Of a stretch of 64,000 bases of DNA, positions 6,895 through 15,812 are shown piece after piece; position 1 is the stretch's first letter; each line of letters begins with the position of its first letter. The stretch is from an uncultured bacterium (lineage in GTDB: Bacteria > Krumholzibacteriota > Krumholzibacteriia > LZORAL124-64-63). Location of the stretch: the NCBI GenBank assembly GCA_963727525.1, contig CAVSGO010000007.1, positions 1,344,001-1,408,000 on the forward strand, written 5' to 3'. The translations under genes and the position numbers were made by a program. Below the pieces are notes generated by a model, which worked only from the letters and a program-made list of their open reading frames with translations, had not been told where the DNA came from and searched no databases.

Positions 6895-9605
6895 CGCGCC
6901 TGCTCCGCCACCACCTGCGGGACCATCGCGATCATCTCGCCGAGGCGGCCGGCGTCGGGCAGGCCGGCCTGAGCCGTGCCCGGCTTGCCGCCACCGCGAC
7001 CGCCAACCGCGGCAGCCAGGGCCTTGACCAGGTTCCCCGCGTGCAGGCGGCCGCTCGCGACCAGGTCGGGCGTGAGCGTCACCAGCGCGGTGGCCTTGCC
7101 GTCGAGCACCGCGCCCAGCACCACCACGCCGGCGTCGCCCAGGCTGTCGCGCACGTGGTCGCCCAGGCTCAGGAGTTGATCGCGCGCGTCGACCCCGACC
7201 TCCGCGGCCACGACCTTGAGACCCGCCACCGGCTGCGGCTCGGCGAGGTGGGCGGCGAGCGAGGCCTGCGCCTCGGCCTTCTGCGTGTCGGCCAGTTCGC
7301 GGCGCAGGCGGTCTCGCTCCGCCTGCAGCTCGCGCACCTGGTCGGCGAACGACCCGCCATCGCCGCGTAGCACGCTCCCCAGTTCGCCCAGCATGGTCTG
7401 GTCATCGCGTACGAGCCGCTGGGCCACATCGCCGGCGACCGCCTCGATGCGGCGCACGCCGGCAGCCACGCTGCTCTCGCTCATGATGCGCACGTAGCCG
7501 ATATCGCCAGTGTGCATGCAGTGCGTGCCGCCGCACAGCTCCAGGGAGAAGGTCGGTCCCGCGTCGGCCGGCGCATCGAGGGTGGCGACCGGTCCGCCGT
7601 GGATCTCGATCATGCGCACGCGCTCGCCGTACTTCTCGCCGAACAGCGCCATGGCACCGGCCGCCCTGGCCTCGGCGAGGGGTACGTCATCGCGGCGGAT
7701 CACGGCGCGATTGTCGAGTACGGCGCCGTTGATGAGCGCTTCCACCTGCGCGACCTCGGCCGGCGTCATGGCTCTGTCGTGCCGGAAGTCGAAGCGCAGA
7801 TGGTGCGGCGTGACCTCGCTGCCCGCCTGCTCCACATGGTTGCCCAGCACCCGGCGGAGCGCCGCGTGCAAGAGGTGGGTGGCCGTGTGGTGCCGCATCG
7901 TGGCCCGGCGGCGCGCGGCATCCACGGCGAGCGTGGCGCGCGGATTGGCGCGCAGATCGTCGCGCAGATCCGCGGCGTCGCCATGCACCACCAAGGCCGG
8001 CCCCTCCTCCGTCTTCAGCGTGGTGAGCACGTCGAGCACGACGCCCGAGGGATGCAGGGTGATGGTACCGGTGTCGCCGATCTGACCGCCACCCTCGGGA
8101 TAGAACGGCGACGGGGTGAAGAGCACGTGGCTGATCGCACCGTCGGCATCGTGACCCGCCGCACGCACGGCCAGCGGCTCGCCCTCGCAATGCAGGAGGT
8201 CGTAGCCGACGAAGCGCGCCTTCGGCAGGTCGCCATCGCCCTTCACCGGCTCCCAGGCACCGATGCCGGCCATGTAGACGCGTACGCGCCCGCTCTGCTC
8301 CCGCTGCCTCTGCATGGACGCCTGGAACCCGGCGGTGTCGATGGTAAAGCCGTCCTCCTCGGCCATGACCGCGGTGAGGTCCACCGGGAAGCCGAACGTG
8401 TCGTGCAGCTTGAAGGCTTCCTCGCCCAGCAGCTCGGTGCGCCTCTCGGCGCGCATGCGGTCGCGGAACTCGCCGTAGATCTTCAGGCCGGCGGCCAGGG
8501 TGCGCAGGAAACGCTCCTCCTCCTGGCGGATGACGCCGAGCGTGCGCTCACGGCGCTCGCGCAGCTCCGGGTACGCCTCGCTCATCTCGTCGATCACGAC
8601 AGCGGCTATCTCGTGCAGGAACGGTCGCTCGAGGCCCAGGCGATGGCCGTGGCGCGCGGCGCGGCGCAGGATGCGGCGCACCACGTAGCCGCGCCCCTCG
8701 TTGCTGGGGATGGCGCCGTCGGTGACGGTGAAGGTGACGGCGCGCGCGTGGTCGGCAATGACCTGCATCGAGATGCGGTCCTCGCCCGCGGGTTCGCGTC
8801 CGCTGAGTGCACTGGCCTTCGCGATGAGCGGGGTGAACAGGTCCGTGAGGTAGTTCGACCCCACCTTCTGCTTGACGGCAACCAGGCGCTCGAAACCGAG
8901 CCCCGTGTCGACGCTCTTCATGGGCAGCGGGTGCAGCACGCCCTGCTCGTCGCGATTGAACTCCATGAAGACGTGGTTCCACAACTCGAGCCAGCGGTCG
9001 CAGTCGCACACGCCACAGGCGCAACCGTCGGGGTGGTCGCAAGCCATCTGCGCACCCTGGTCGTAGTGCATCTCGGCGCAGGGTCCGCATGGGCCGGTGT
9101 CAGCCATCGACCAGAAGTTCTCCTCGTCGCCCTGCGCGATGTCGCCCAGACGGATGATGCGTTCCGCAGGAATGCCCAGCTCCTCGTGGAAGATGGCGTA
9201 GGCCTCGTCGTCGTTCTTGTAGACGGTGAACCACAGTCGGTCGAGCGGCAGACCCATCTCGCGCGTGAGGAACTCCAGCCCCCAGGCCAACGACTCACGC
9301 TTGTAATAATCGCCGAACGACCAGTTGCCGAGCATCTCGAAGAAGGTGTGATGGCGCGCGTCCTTGCCCACCTCCTCCAGGTCGTTGTGCTTGCCGCTCA
9401 CGCGCATGCACTTCTGCACGGACGCCGCGCGGACATAGTCGCGCTTCTCCAGCCCGAGGAACACGCCCTTGAATTGATTCATCCCCGCGTTCGTGAACAG
9501 GAGCGTGGGGTCATCGTGCGGCACGAGCGACGACGACGTCACGACGGTGTGACCGCGCGCGGCGAAGTAATCGAGAAAACGAGCTCGGATCTGCTTGGCA
9601 TCCAC
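6891..9605 (-). CDS. alaS: Alanine--tRNA ligase
   Basis: DPTLLFTNAGMNQFK, HHTFFEMLGNWSFGDY, editing motifs HTATHLLH and ELCGGTH, C-terminal GGRGGG. Confidence 0.98.
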   Translation of the reverse strand: MDAKQIRARFLDYFAARGHTVVTSSSLVPHDDPTLLFTNAGMNQFKGVFLGLEKRDYVRAASVQKCMRVSGKHNDLEEVGKDARHHTFFEMLGNWSFGDYYKRESLAWGLEFLTREMGLPLDRLWFTVYKNDDEAYAIFHEELGIPAERIIRLGDIAQGDEENFWSMADTGPCGPCAEMHYDQGAQMACDHPDGCACGVCDCDRWLELWNHVFMEFNRDEQGVLHPLPMKSVDTGLGFERLVAVKQKVGSNYLTDLFTPLIAKASALSGREPAGEDRISMQVIADHARAVTFTVTDGAIPSNEGRGYVVRRILRRAARHGHRLGLERPFLHEIAAVVIDEMSEAYPELRERRERTLGVIRQEEERFLRTLAAGLKIYGEFRDRMRAERRTELLGEEAFKLHDTFGFPVDLTAVMAEEDGFTIDTAGFQASMQRQREQSGRVRVYMAGIGAWEPVKGDGDLPKARFVGYDLLHCEGEPLAVRAAGHDADGAISHVLFTPSPFYPEGGGQIGDTGTITLHPSGVVLDVLTTLKTEEGPALVVHGDAADLRDDLRANPRATLAVDAARRRATMRHHTATHLLHAALRRVLGNHVEQAGSEVTPHHLRFDFRHDRAMTPAEVAQVEALINGAVLDNRAVIRRDDVPLAEARAAGAMALFGEKYGERVRMIEIHGGPVATLDAPADAGPTFSLELCGGTHCMHTGDIGYVRIMSESSVAAGVRRIEAVAGDVAQRLVRDDQTMLGELGSVLRGDGGSFADQVRELQAERDRLRRELADTQKAEAQASLAAHLAEPQPVAGLKVVAAEVGVDARDQLLSLGDHVRDSLGDAGVVVLGAVLDGKATALVTLTPDLVASGRLHAGNLVKALAAAVGGRGGGKPGTAQAGLPDAGRLGEMIAMVPQVVAEQAR

Positions 9606-9700
9606 GGTGCGTGATCCTCTCCTGGACGATCTCGTGAGCGTCTTTTCAGCGGCCTGGAGTGCGGAATTCTAATGATGGACGGCGATCGGGTCAACCGGTG

Positions 9701-9744
9701 GTCCGGACGCGTGGGGTCCGGACGCGTGGGGTCCGGACGCGGGG
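9701..9744 (+). repeat. Tandem 15-bp repeat, about 3 copies (GTCCGGACGCGTGGG)
   Basis: Copies start at 9701, 9716 and 9731 (last imperfect) in the alaS/arfB divergent intergenic region. Confidence 0.85.
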
Positions 9745-9805
9745 TTGCGTAAGGCGGATCCCGGGGCCATCATGCCTGCGGACCTGCAACCCGGAGCGAG
9801 CCGCC

Positions 9806-10234
9806 ATGCCCGCCGACCTTCCCGTGAACGCCAGCCTCGTCATCCCCGCCGCCGAGCTGGAGATCACGGCCAGTCGCGCCTCGGGGCCGGGCGGCCAGCA
9901 CGTCAATACCACGGATTCCCGGATCCAGGTGCGCTGGAACGTGGCGACGAGCGCGGTCCTGAGCGACACCCAGCGTGCCCGCCTGCAGGAGAAGCTGGCC
10001 GCACGCCTGTCTGCCGACGGCGCGCTGCTGGTGGCCTGCGACACGCACCGCAGCCAGCGACGCAACCGCGACGAGGCGCTGGCCCGGCTCGCAGCCCTGG
10101 TGAAGCAGGGCCTCCAGCGTCCGCGACCACGCCGGGCCACGACCATGCCCCGGGCCGCCCGGGAGGAACGGTTGCGGCAGAAGAAGCAGCGCGCCCAGCG
10201 CAAGCGCGACCGGCGGCCGCCCGAGGGCGATTGA
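9806..10234 (+). CDS. arfB: Alternative ribosome rescue peptidyl-tRNA hydrolase ArfB (YaeJ)
   Basis: SRASGPGGQHVNTT (GGQ motif), RSQRRNR, basic C-terminal tail. Confidence 0.93.
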   Translation: MPADLPVNASLVIPAAELEITASRASGPGGQHVNTTDSRIQVRWNVATSAVLSDTQRARLQEKLAARLSADGALLVACDTHRSQRRNRDEALARLAALVKQGLQRPRPRRATTMPRAAREERLRQKKQRAQRKRDRRPPEGD

Positions 10235-10247
10235 GCGACCTTGCCGG

Positions 10248-10823
10248 TCAGGCAAGCAGGAACACCGCCAGCATCACCACCCAGACGATGTCCAGGAAGT
10301 GCCAGTAGCGGACGAACAGCCGCACGCCGCCATGGTCGTCGGGCACCAGGGGCCGGCCGCCACCCCAGGCGCGGCGCAGCAGCAAGGCGAGAGGCACGAG
10401 CCCGCCGACGACATGCAGCGCGTGCAACAGGACCAGGAAGAAGACGAAGCCGAGCAGGGGGTTGCCCTCCGGGCGCAGCGTCCGGTGGGTGTGCAGGAGC
10501 TGTCCCAGCGCAGGGATCTGCAACGCCATGAACGCGATGGCCAGACCGCCCATGATTGTGATCCACATACGGAAGCCGGCCACGTCGCGCCGCCAGAGGC
10601 GGCGGCGCGCCACCTCGACCACCACGGCGCTCGCCAGGAGCACGGCCGTGCTGCCCCACAGCAGCCCCGGCAGAGGCAAGGCGAGGGCATCGCCGAGCCG
10701 CCTTCGCGTGACCACGTAGCCAAGGAGGCTCGCCGCGAAGAGCATCGTCAGCGACGCCAGCAGCACCCGCATGCCGAACGTGGCCATGCCGCCTGCGGTG
10801 AGCGAGGGTGCCGCCCGGTTCAC
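10248..10823 (-). CDS. Heme-copper oxidase subunit III-like membrane protein
   Basis: FFLVLLHALHVVGG and YWHFLDIVWVV motifs; GTGA overlap with the upstream gene. Confidence 0.85.
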   Translation of the reverse strand: MNRAAPSLTAGGMATFGMRVLLASLTMLFAASLLGYVVTRRRLGDALALPLPGLLWGSTAVLLASAVVVEVARRRLWRRDVAGFRMWITIMGGLAIAFMALQIPALGQLLHTHRTLRPEGNPLLGFVFFLVLLHALHVVGGLVPLALLLRRAWGGGRPLVPDDHGGVRLFVRYWHFLDIVWVVMLAVFLLA

Positions 10824-11389
10824 GGCTTTCCACCCTCGGCGCGCGCAAGGGGATGGCACCCACCGATGACGTACGGGCGAAACCGATCGACGATGAAGTG
10901 ACGCCACGTGGCCTCGACCACCCCGGGCCAGCCGGGTTGCACCTCGCCGGCCGCGTTCACGGCCACGGTCATCTTCGTACTGTCGGCCCCCTGGGGCGAG
11001 AAGGACCAGGTCGTGACCAGGGTGATGGCGTGTCCGGTCAGACCGAGCGGCCCCTCGAAGCGGAGCAGTTCCCCGCGCTTCGCATAGGTCACCTCGGCGT
11101 GACGGACGCCATCGCCAGAATCGTCGAAGATCTCCCAGAAGCCCCCGCCCGGCCGCGGTTCCAGCTCGAACCGCACGGGATTCGGGCTGAAGGAATGGTC
11201 CCACCAGCCGCTGATGTCGCCGGTCGCCGCGTCGTAGATCGCCGCCGGCGCGCCAGGCAGCGTGACCGCGAACTCGAAGCCGAAGCCCCCGACCGGCAAG
11301 TCGACCGACGTGGCGTTCGCGGGCATCGCTGTCGCCGCGAGCCACACGGCCACCGTCGCGGACATGATCAGAGCCAGACGTGAGGTCAT
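10820..11389 (-). CDS. Secreted SRPBCC/START-like domain protein
   Basis: Signal peptide; [31 protein letters not shown]. Confidence 0.75.
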   Translation of the reverse strand: MTSRLALIMSATVAVWLAATAMPANATSVDLPVGGFGFEFAVTLPGAPAAIYDAATGDISGWWDHSFSPNPVRFELEPRPGGGFWEIFDDSGDGVRHAEVTYAKRGELLRFEGPLGLTGHAITLVTTWSFSPQGADSTKMTVAVNAAGEVQPGWPGVVEATWRHFIVDRFRPYVIGGCHPLARAEGGKP

Positions 11390-12332
11390 GATTCCGTTCC
11401 TTCCGGGGTAGCGTCGCCCGCGTCGAGCAACGATTTGCCGAATGCCCGGATCGTGAACACGGGGCAGGGCGCCCAGCGCACGACCTTCTCCGCCACGCTC
11501 CCGAGCAGGAATCGCTGCAGACCAGTGAGCCCGTGGGTGGCGATGACGATGAGATCGATGTCCTCGTCGGCCGCGAAGTCGCAGATCACGGCCGCCGCTC
11601 CCCCTCGCGCACGTGCATCTCCACCGGCACCTCCGGTCCACCCGCCGCTCGCAGGAGCTTCTGCATCTCCTCGCGTCCACGCGGCACGATGTCGGGATCG
11701 ACCCGCAACATCGACTCCACCCCTGCGGCGTAGAACGGCGGCGGCACGGACTGCACGACCACGTGCAACAGGTGCACGGTGGCCCCGGACCCGGCGGCGA
11801 GCCGGCGCGCCTTGGCGATCGCGCGCCGGCTGGGCGGGCCGAAGTCGACCGGCACGAGGATGCGACGCAGTTCGCGCAGCGGACGCGGATGCCGGCGCTC
11901 CTTGACCGTGAACACCGGGCAGCGCGCGTGGCGCACCACCTCCTCCGCAACGCTCCCCAGAAAGAGCTGCCCCAGACCGCGCCGGCCGTGCGTGCCCATA
12001 ACCACGAGGTCGGCCTCGATCTCGCCGGCATAGGTGAGGATCTCCTCCGCCACAGACAGGCCCCGGCGCTCCACCCGCACCGTCTCGACCTGCGGCGGCA
12101 CCGGATGCTGTTCCATCTCGTCCGTGCGCGAGGCGGCAGCCTGGGCGAGTTCGTCCTCGAGCGTGGTCACGAACGACTCGGGCCCGTCCGCACCCTGTCC
12201 CATCCAGGCATGGACGTGCAACAGGTGCAGGGTGGCGCCGGTCTGCGAGGCGAGCTCGACGGCGTGCTCGAACGCCTGGCGCGCGCAGCGCGAGAAGTCC
12301 GTGGGCATGAGGATGGTCTGCATGGAGAACAT
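11386..12332 (-). pseudogene. Tandem universal stress protein gene with a frameshift near 11600
   Basis: USP1 and the start of USP2 in one frame ([18 protein letters not shown]); the rest of USP2 ([27 protein letters not shown]) in another frame; the shift lies at a G5 run. Confidence 0.8.
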
Positions 12333-12449
12333 GGCGCTCCTTCCGTGGCCGCGATCGGGATGACGACCACCAACAAGGAACATCCAGCGCGCCCGCCCGG
12401 CAATGGTGCCCGGTGGGGCCCGGGCACCGCGGACGGCGTCGGCCACCGG

Positions 12450-13826
12450 CTAGAAATCGAAGTACATCGAGAACTCGTAGGGATGCGGCCGCTTGTTGAT
12501 GCGGTTGATTTCCTCCCGCTTGATCTCCAGCCAGCGCCATATCAGCGCCTCGGGCATGACCTCGCCACGCAGGAGGTACTGGTGGTCGGACTCGAGGGCA
12601 TCGAGCGCATCGTCGAGGTTGCGGGGCAGGAACTCCACTTGATTGTCCCGCGTGCCCTGACTCGGCGCGTCGGCCGGTTGCCATCCGCGCGCGATGGGAT
12701 CGATCTTGTTGACAATGCCGTCGAGCCCCGCCATGAGGATCGCCGTGGTGCCCAGGTAGGGGTTGCAGGTGTAGTCGGGCGGGCGGTACTCCACGCGGCG
12801 GAACTGCGGATCGGTCACGTAGCTCGGCACGCGGATCGCGGCGCCGCGATTGCTGCGTCCGAAGGTGCGTACGGTTGGCGCCTCGAAGCCCGGCACCAGA
12901 CGCTTGTAACTGTTCGTACTGGGATTGGTGAACGCGCTCAGCGAGGCGCAATGCTCCAGGATTCCACCGATGTAGTACAGCGCCGTCTGCGAGAGACCGG
13001 CGTAGCCGCCAGCGTCGTCGAAGACGTTGCGCCCCTCGCGGGTGAGGAACTGGTGCAGGTGCCAGCCGCTGCCGGCATTCTCGTAGAGCGGCTTGGGCAT
13101 GAAGGTCACACGCAGTCCATGGCGTCGCGCGAGATTGTGCAGGATGTACTTCGTGAGCACCGCGTGATCGCCGGTGGTCAGGAGACTGGCGAACCAGCCC
13201 TCGATCTCCTGCTGACCGCTAGCCCCAACCTCGTGGTGGTGGTAGCGCACGGGAATGCCGAAGTCTCGCATCACGCGACTCACGTCGTCGCGGAAGTTCG
13301 CGTACAGGTCGAAGGGATTACAGGCGTGATACGCGTTCTGATAGAAACGTTCGGCGCTCGTGACCCGGTAGCTGCCCTGGCTCGCATTGGACTCGAACTC
13401 GCACGCCTCGAAGATGTAGAATTCGTATTCTGGCGCCCATGACGATGTATCGGCCACGCCGAGTTCGCGTAGCGTCTGCTCGGCGCGACGCGCGATGTGC
13501 CGGCTGTCCTGGTTGAACGGCGTGCGCTCGTGATCCGTCAGGTAGGCCTCCGCCAGCAGAGAAAGCGTGGGGTGCTCACGGAAGGGGTCGATGACGGACG
13601 TCGTCAGGTCGGGAATCAACACCATGTCGCTGTTCTCGACCTTGCGGAACCCGTAGCTCGAGCCGTCGAAACCGACGCCTTCCTGGCACACGTCGGGCGT
13701 GAAGCGATCGAAGGGCAGCGTGAGATGGTGCAGGCGGCCCGTGAGGTCGAGCATCTTCAGGTCGATGAACTCGACCCCCTTGGCTCCGGCTTCCTGACGA
13801 ACCTGTGCGAAGAGATCCCTGGACAT
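12450..13826 (-). CDS. glnA: Glutamine synthetase type I
   Basis: [41 protein letters not shown]. Confidence 0.96.
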   Translation of the reverse strand: MSRDLFAQVRQEAGAKGVEFIDLKMLDLTGRLHHLTLPFDRFTPDVCQEGVGFDGSSYGFRKVENSDMVLIPDLTTSVIDPFREHPTLSLLAEAYLTDHERTPFNQDSRHIARRAEQTLRELGVADTSSWAPEYEFYIFEACEFESNASQGSYRVTSAERFYQNAYHACNPFDLYANFRDDVSRVMRDFGIPVRYHHHEVGASGQQEIEGWFASLLTTGDHAVLTKYILHNLARRHGLRVTFMPKPLYENAGSGWHLHQFLTREGRNVFDDAGGYAGLSQTALYYIGGILEHCASLSAFTNPSTNSYKRLVPGFEAPTVRTFGRSNRGAAIRVPSYVTDPQFRRVEYRPPDYTCNPYLGTTAILMAGLDGIVNKIDPIARGWQPADAPSQGTRDNQVEFLPRNLDDALDALESDHQYLLRGEVMPEALIWRWLEIKREEINRINKRPHPYEFSMYFDF

Positions 13827-13932
13827 GCGACGACCTCGGGGACGGTGTGAAGCGAGACGTTGTATGGCGCCGGCGCGGCCGGTGCGCAGCCATACCAATA
13901 TAGGAAGCGAGGGCGCGGTTGATAAGAAAAAG

Positions 13933-14841
13933 TCAGGCCGGCAGGAGGTCGTCGAAGGCGCGCTCCAGGTCCGGGAACGTGAAGCGGAACCCCTGCGCGC
14001 GCAGGGCCCCGGGCACCATGCGCTGGCTCGCCAGCAGCATCGAGGCCCGCGCGCCGAGAACGAGCCGCAGACCCCAGGCCGGGGCCGGCAGTTCGAAGGA
14101 CACGCCCGCTCGCGCCGCGAGTGCCTGGGCGAATTGGCGCTGGCGCGGCGGATCCGGCGCCACCACGTTCACCGCCCCGCGCAGGGCGGGCGTCGCGATG
14201 GCGAAGAGGCAGATATTCACCACGTCGCGCACGTGCACCCAGGGAAAGTATTGCTGTCCGGAACCGAGCTTGCCGTTGAGATGGCGCCGCGACAGGCCGA
14301 CGAGGCGCGGCAATGCCCCACCCTCGCGCGCGAGCACGACCGCCAGGCGCAGGCACACCACGCGGCAACGTTCCGAATCGGCGCTCAGCGCGTTGTGCTC
14401 CCATTCCGCGGCCAGGCGGGCGAGGTAATCCTGGCCCGGTTCGGCATCCTCGGTGAGAGCGCGATCCCCCGCGTCGCCGTAGTAGCCGCTGGCCGACGCG
14501 CTCAGGAACACGCAATCGCCGCCACGGCGCGCCGCCTCCGCCAGGTAGGCGGTGGGGCGCACACGGCTGCGGCGCAGCTGGCGCCTGCGCTTGGCGGTCC
14601 ATCGGCCCTCGGCCACGCTCGCGCCCGCCAGGTTGATCACGGCATCCGCTGCCGCGGCCTCGTCTTGCCAGGTTCCCGGCTCGGTGGTATCGGCCTCGCA
14701 CATGGCCACGTCCGCCGGCAGGACGGCGCGCGCACGCTGTGCATCACGCGTCAGGCACACGACCTCGTCCCCGCGGGCCAGCAGCGCCGCGATCACGTGA
14801 CGGCCGATCAGGCCCGTTCCGCCTGCCACCAGGACTCTCAT
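13933..14841 (-). CDS. TIGR01777-family NAD-dependent epimerase/oxidoreductase
   Basis: GGTGLIG, INLAGASV..RW, SASASGYYG, LGSGQQYFPWVH. Confidence 0.92.
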   Translation of the reverse strand: MRVLVAGGTGLIGRHVIAALLARGDEVVCLTRDAQRARAVLPADVAMCEADTTEPGTWQDEAAAADAVINLAGASVAEGRWTAKRRRQLRRSRVRPTAYLAEAARRGGDCVFLSASASGYYGDAGDRALTEDAEPGQDYLARLAAEWEHNALSADSERCRVVCLRLAVVLAREGGALPRLVGLSRRHLNGKLGSGQQYFPWVHVRDVVNICLFAIATPALRGAVNVVAPDPPRQRQFAQALAARAGVSFELPAPAWGLRLVLGARASMLLASQRMVPGALRAQGFRFTFPDLERAFDDLLPA

Positions 14842-14983
14842 GCCCACCCCTTCGATTGCAGACAAGCTAGAGGTTCCCGCCGTCGCTGTCCATCGAGGAC
14901 ATCCGACGACGACCGGGTTGGCTGGCCGGCGGCGACGCGTTAGATTTGTCGGGCAAACCGCGTCCCCATCCGAAAGGCCGCCT

Positions 14984-15799
14984 GTGCAGTACGAGCACTT
15001 CGACACCGAGATCCAGTCCGGCGTCGCCCATATCCGTCTCATCGGCGATAGCAACCCCAATCTCGCCGACCTATGTAGCGAGTTTCTCGACCTGATGCTG
15101 CGCCTGCAAGAAGACCGCGCCGTGCGTGCCATCCTGCTCACCGACGGAGAATGCCTCTTCGACCAGCAGCCGAACCTCCATGGCCTCGCCGCGGAGCGCC
15201 AGCGCACGCACGACTTCGACCTGGTGGCCGCCGACCTCGATCAGATCCGCCAGGTGGTCACGTTCCTCCAGGAGCTGATCAAGCCCATGGTGATCGCCGC
15301 ACGCGGCGACGTGCGCGGGGCCGGCCTGGGTCTCTTCATGGCCGGCGACGTCCACCTGGCCGGCAGCGCCGCCAGCTTCACGGCACCCGACGTGACGGCC
15401 GGACTCATGCCCGACTGGGGACTCACCTTCACGCTGCCGCGGCAGGCGGGCTCAGGCGTGAGTCTCGAGTTCCTATGGTCGGGTCGTACCGTGTCCGCCG
15501 GCGAGGCGGCCCGGATGGGGCTCGTCGACCGGGTCATCCCGGACGCGAGCTGGGACGAGGAGCTGGCCGTGTTCATGGAACGCCTCGCTCACCTGCCCCA
15601 GCCGATGGTGCGCCTCACGAAGCTGGCCACGCAGCAGGCCGGCCAGTTCGACCTCACGAGCATGCTCAGCCTGGAGTTCGAGGCCCAGATGCAATGCTGG
15701 GACTCGCAGGAGACGTTGGAAGGACTGTCGGCCTGGCAAGAGGGGCGCCGCCCCGTATTCCAGGCGCCGCAGTCGGATTCCGAGGACGACGACGCCTAG
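14984..15799 (+). CDS. Crotonase (enoyl-CoA hydratase/isomerase) family, PaaG-like but divergent
   Basis: KPMVIAARG...GAGLGL, GLMPDWG, EAARMGLVDRV, EGRRPVF. Confidence 0.85.
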   Translation: MQYEHFDTEIQSGVAHIRLIGDSNPNLADLCSEFLDLMLRLQEDRAVRAILLTDGECLFDQQPNLHGLAAERQRTHDFDLVAADLDQIRQVVTFLQELIKPMVIAARGDVRGAGLGLFMAGDVHLAGSAASFTAPDVTAGLMPDWGLTFTLPRQAGSGVSLEFLWSGRTVSAGEAARMGLVDRVIPDASWDEELAVFMERLAHLPQPMVRLTKLATQQAGQFDLTSMLSLEFEAQMQCWDSQETLEGLSAWQEGRRPVFQAPQSDSEDDDA

Positions 15800-15812
15800 G
15801 AGGCCACGAGGC

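Noticed and set aside
7512-9614. Long antisense ORFs (also 17737-20400, 31460-33586, 52588-54492 and others)
   Set aside because: Shadow frames of well-supported genes, expected at high GC; no family motifs
9701-9744. Possible CRISPR array
   Set aside because: Units are 15 bp and contiguous with no spacers; no cas genes in the window
14945-14985. GGGCAAACC...CGAAAGG resembling a c-di-GMP-I riboswitch
   Set aside because: The GACGCAAA segment and second stem are missing, and the CDS starts immediately after
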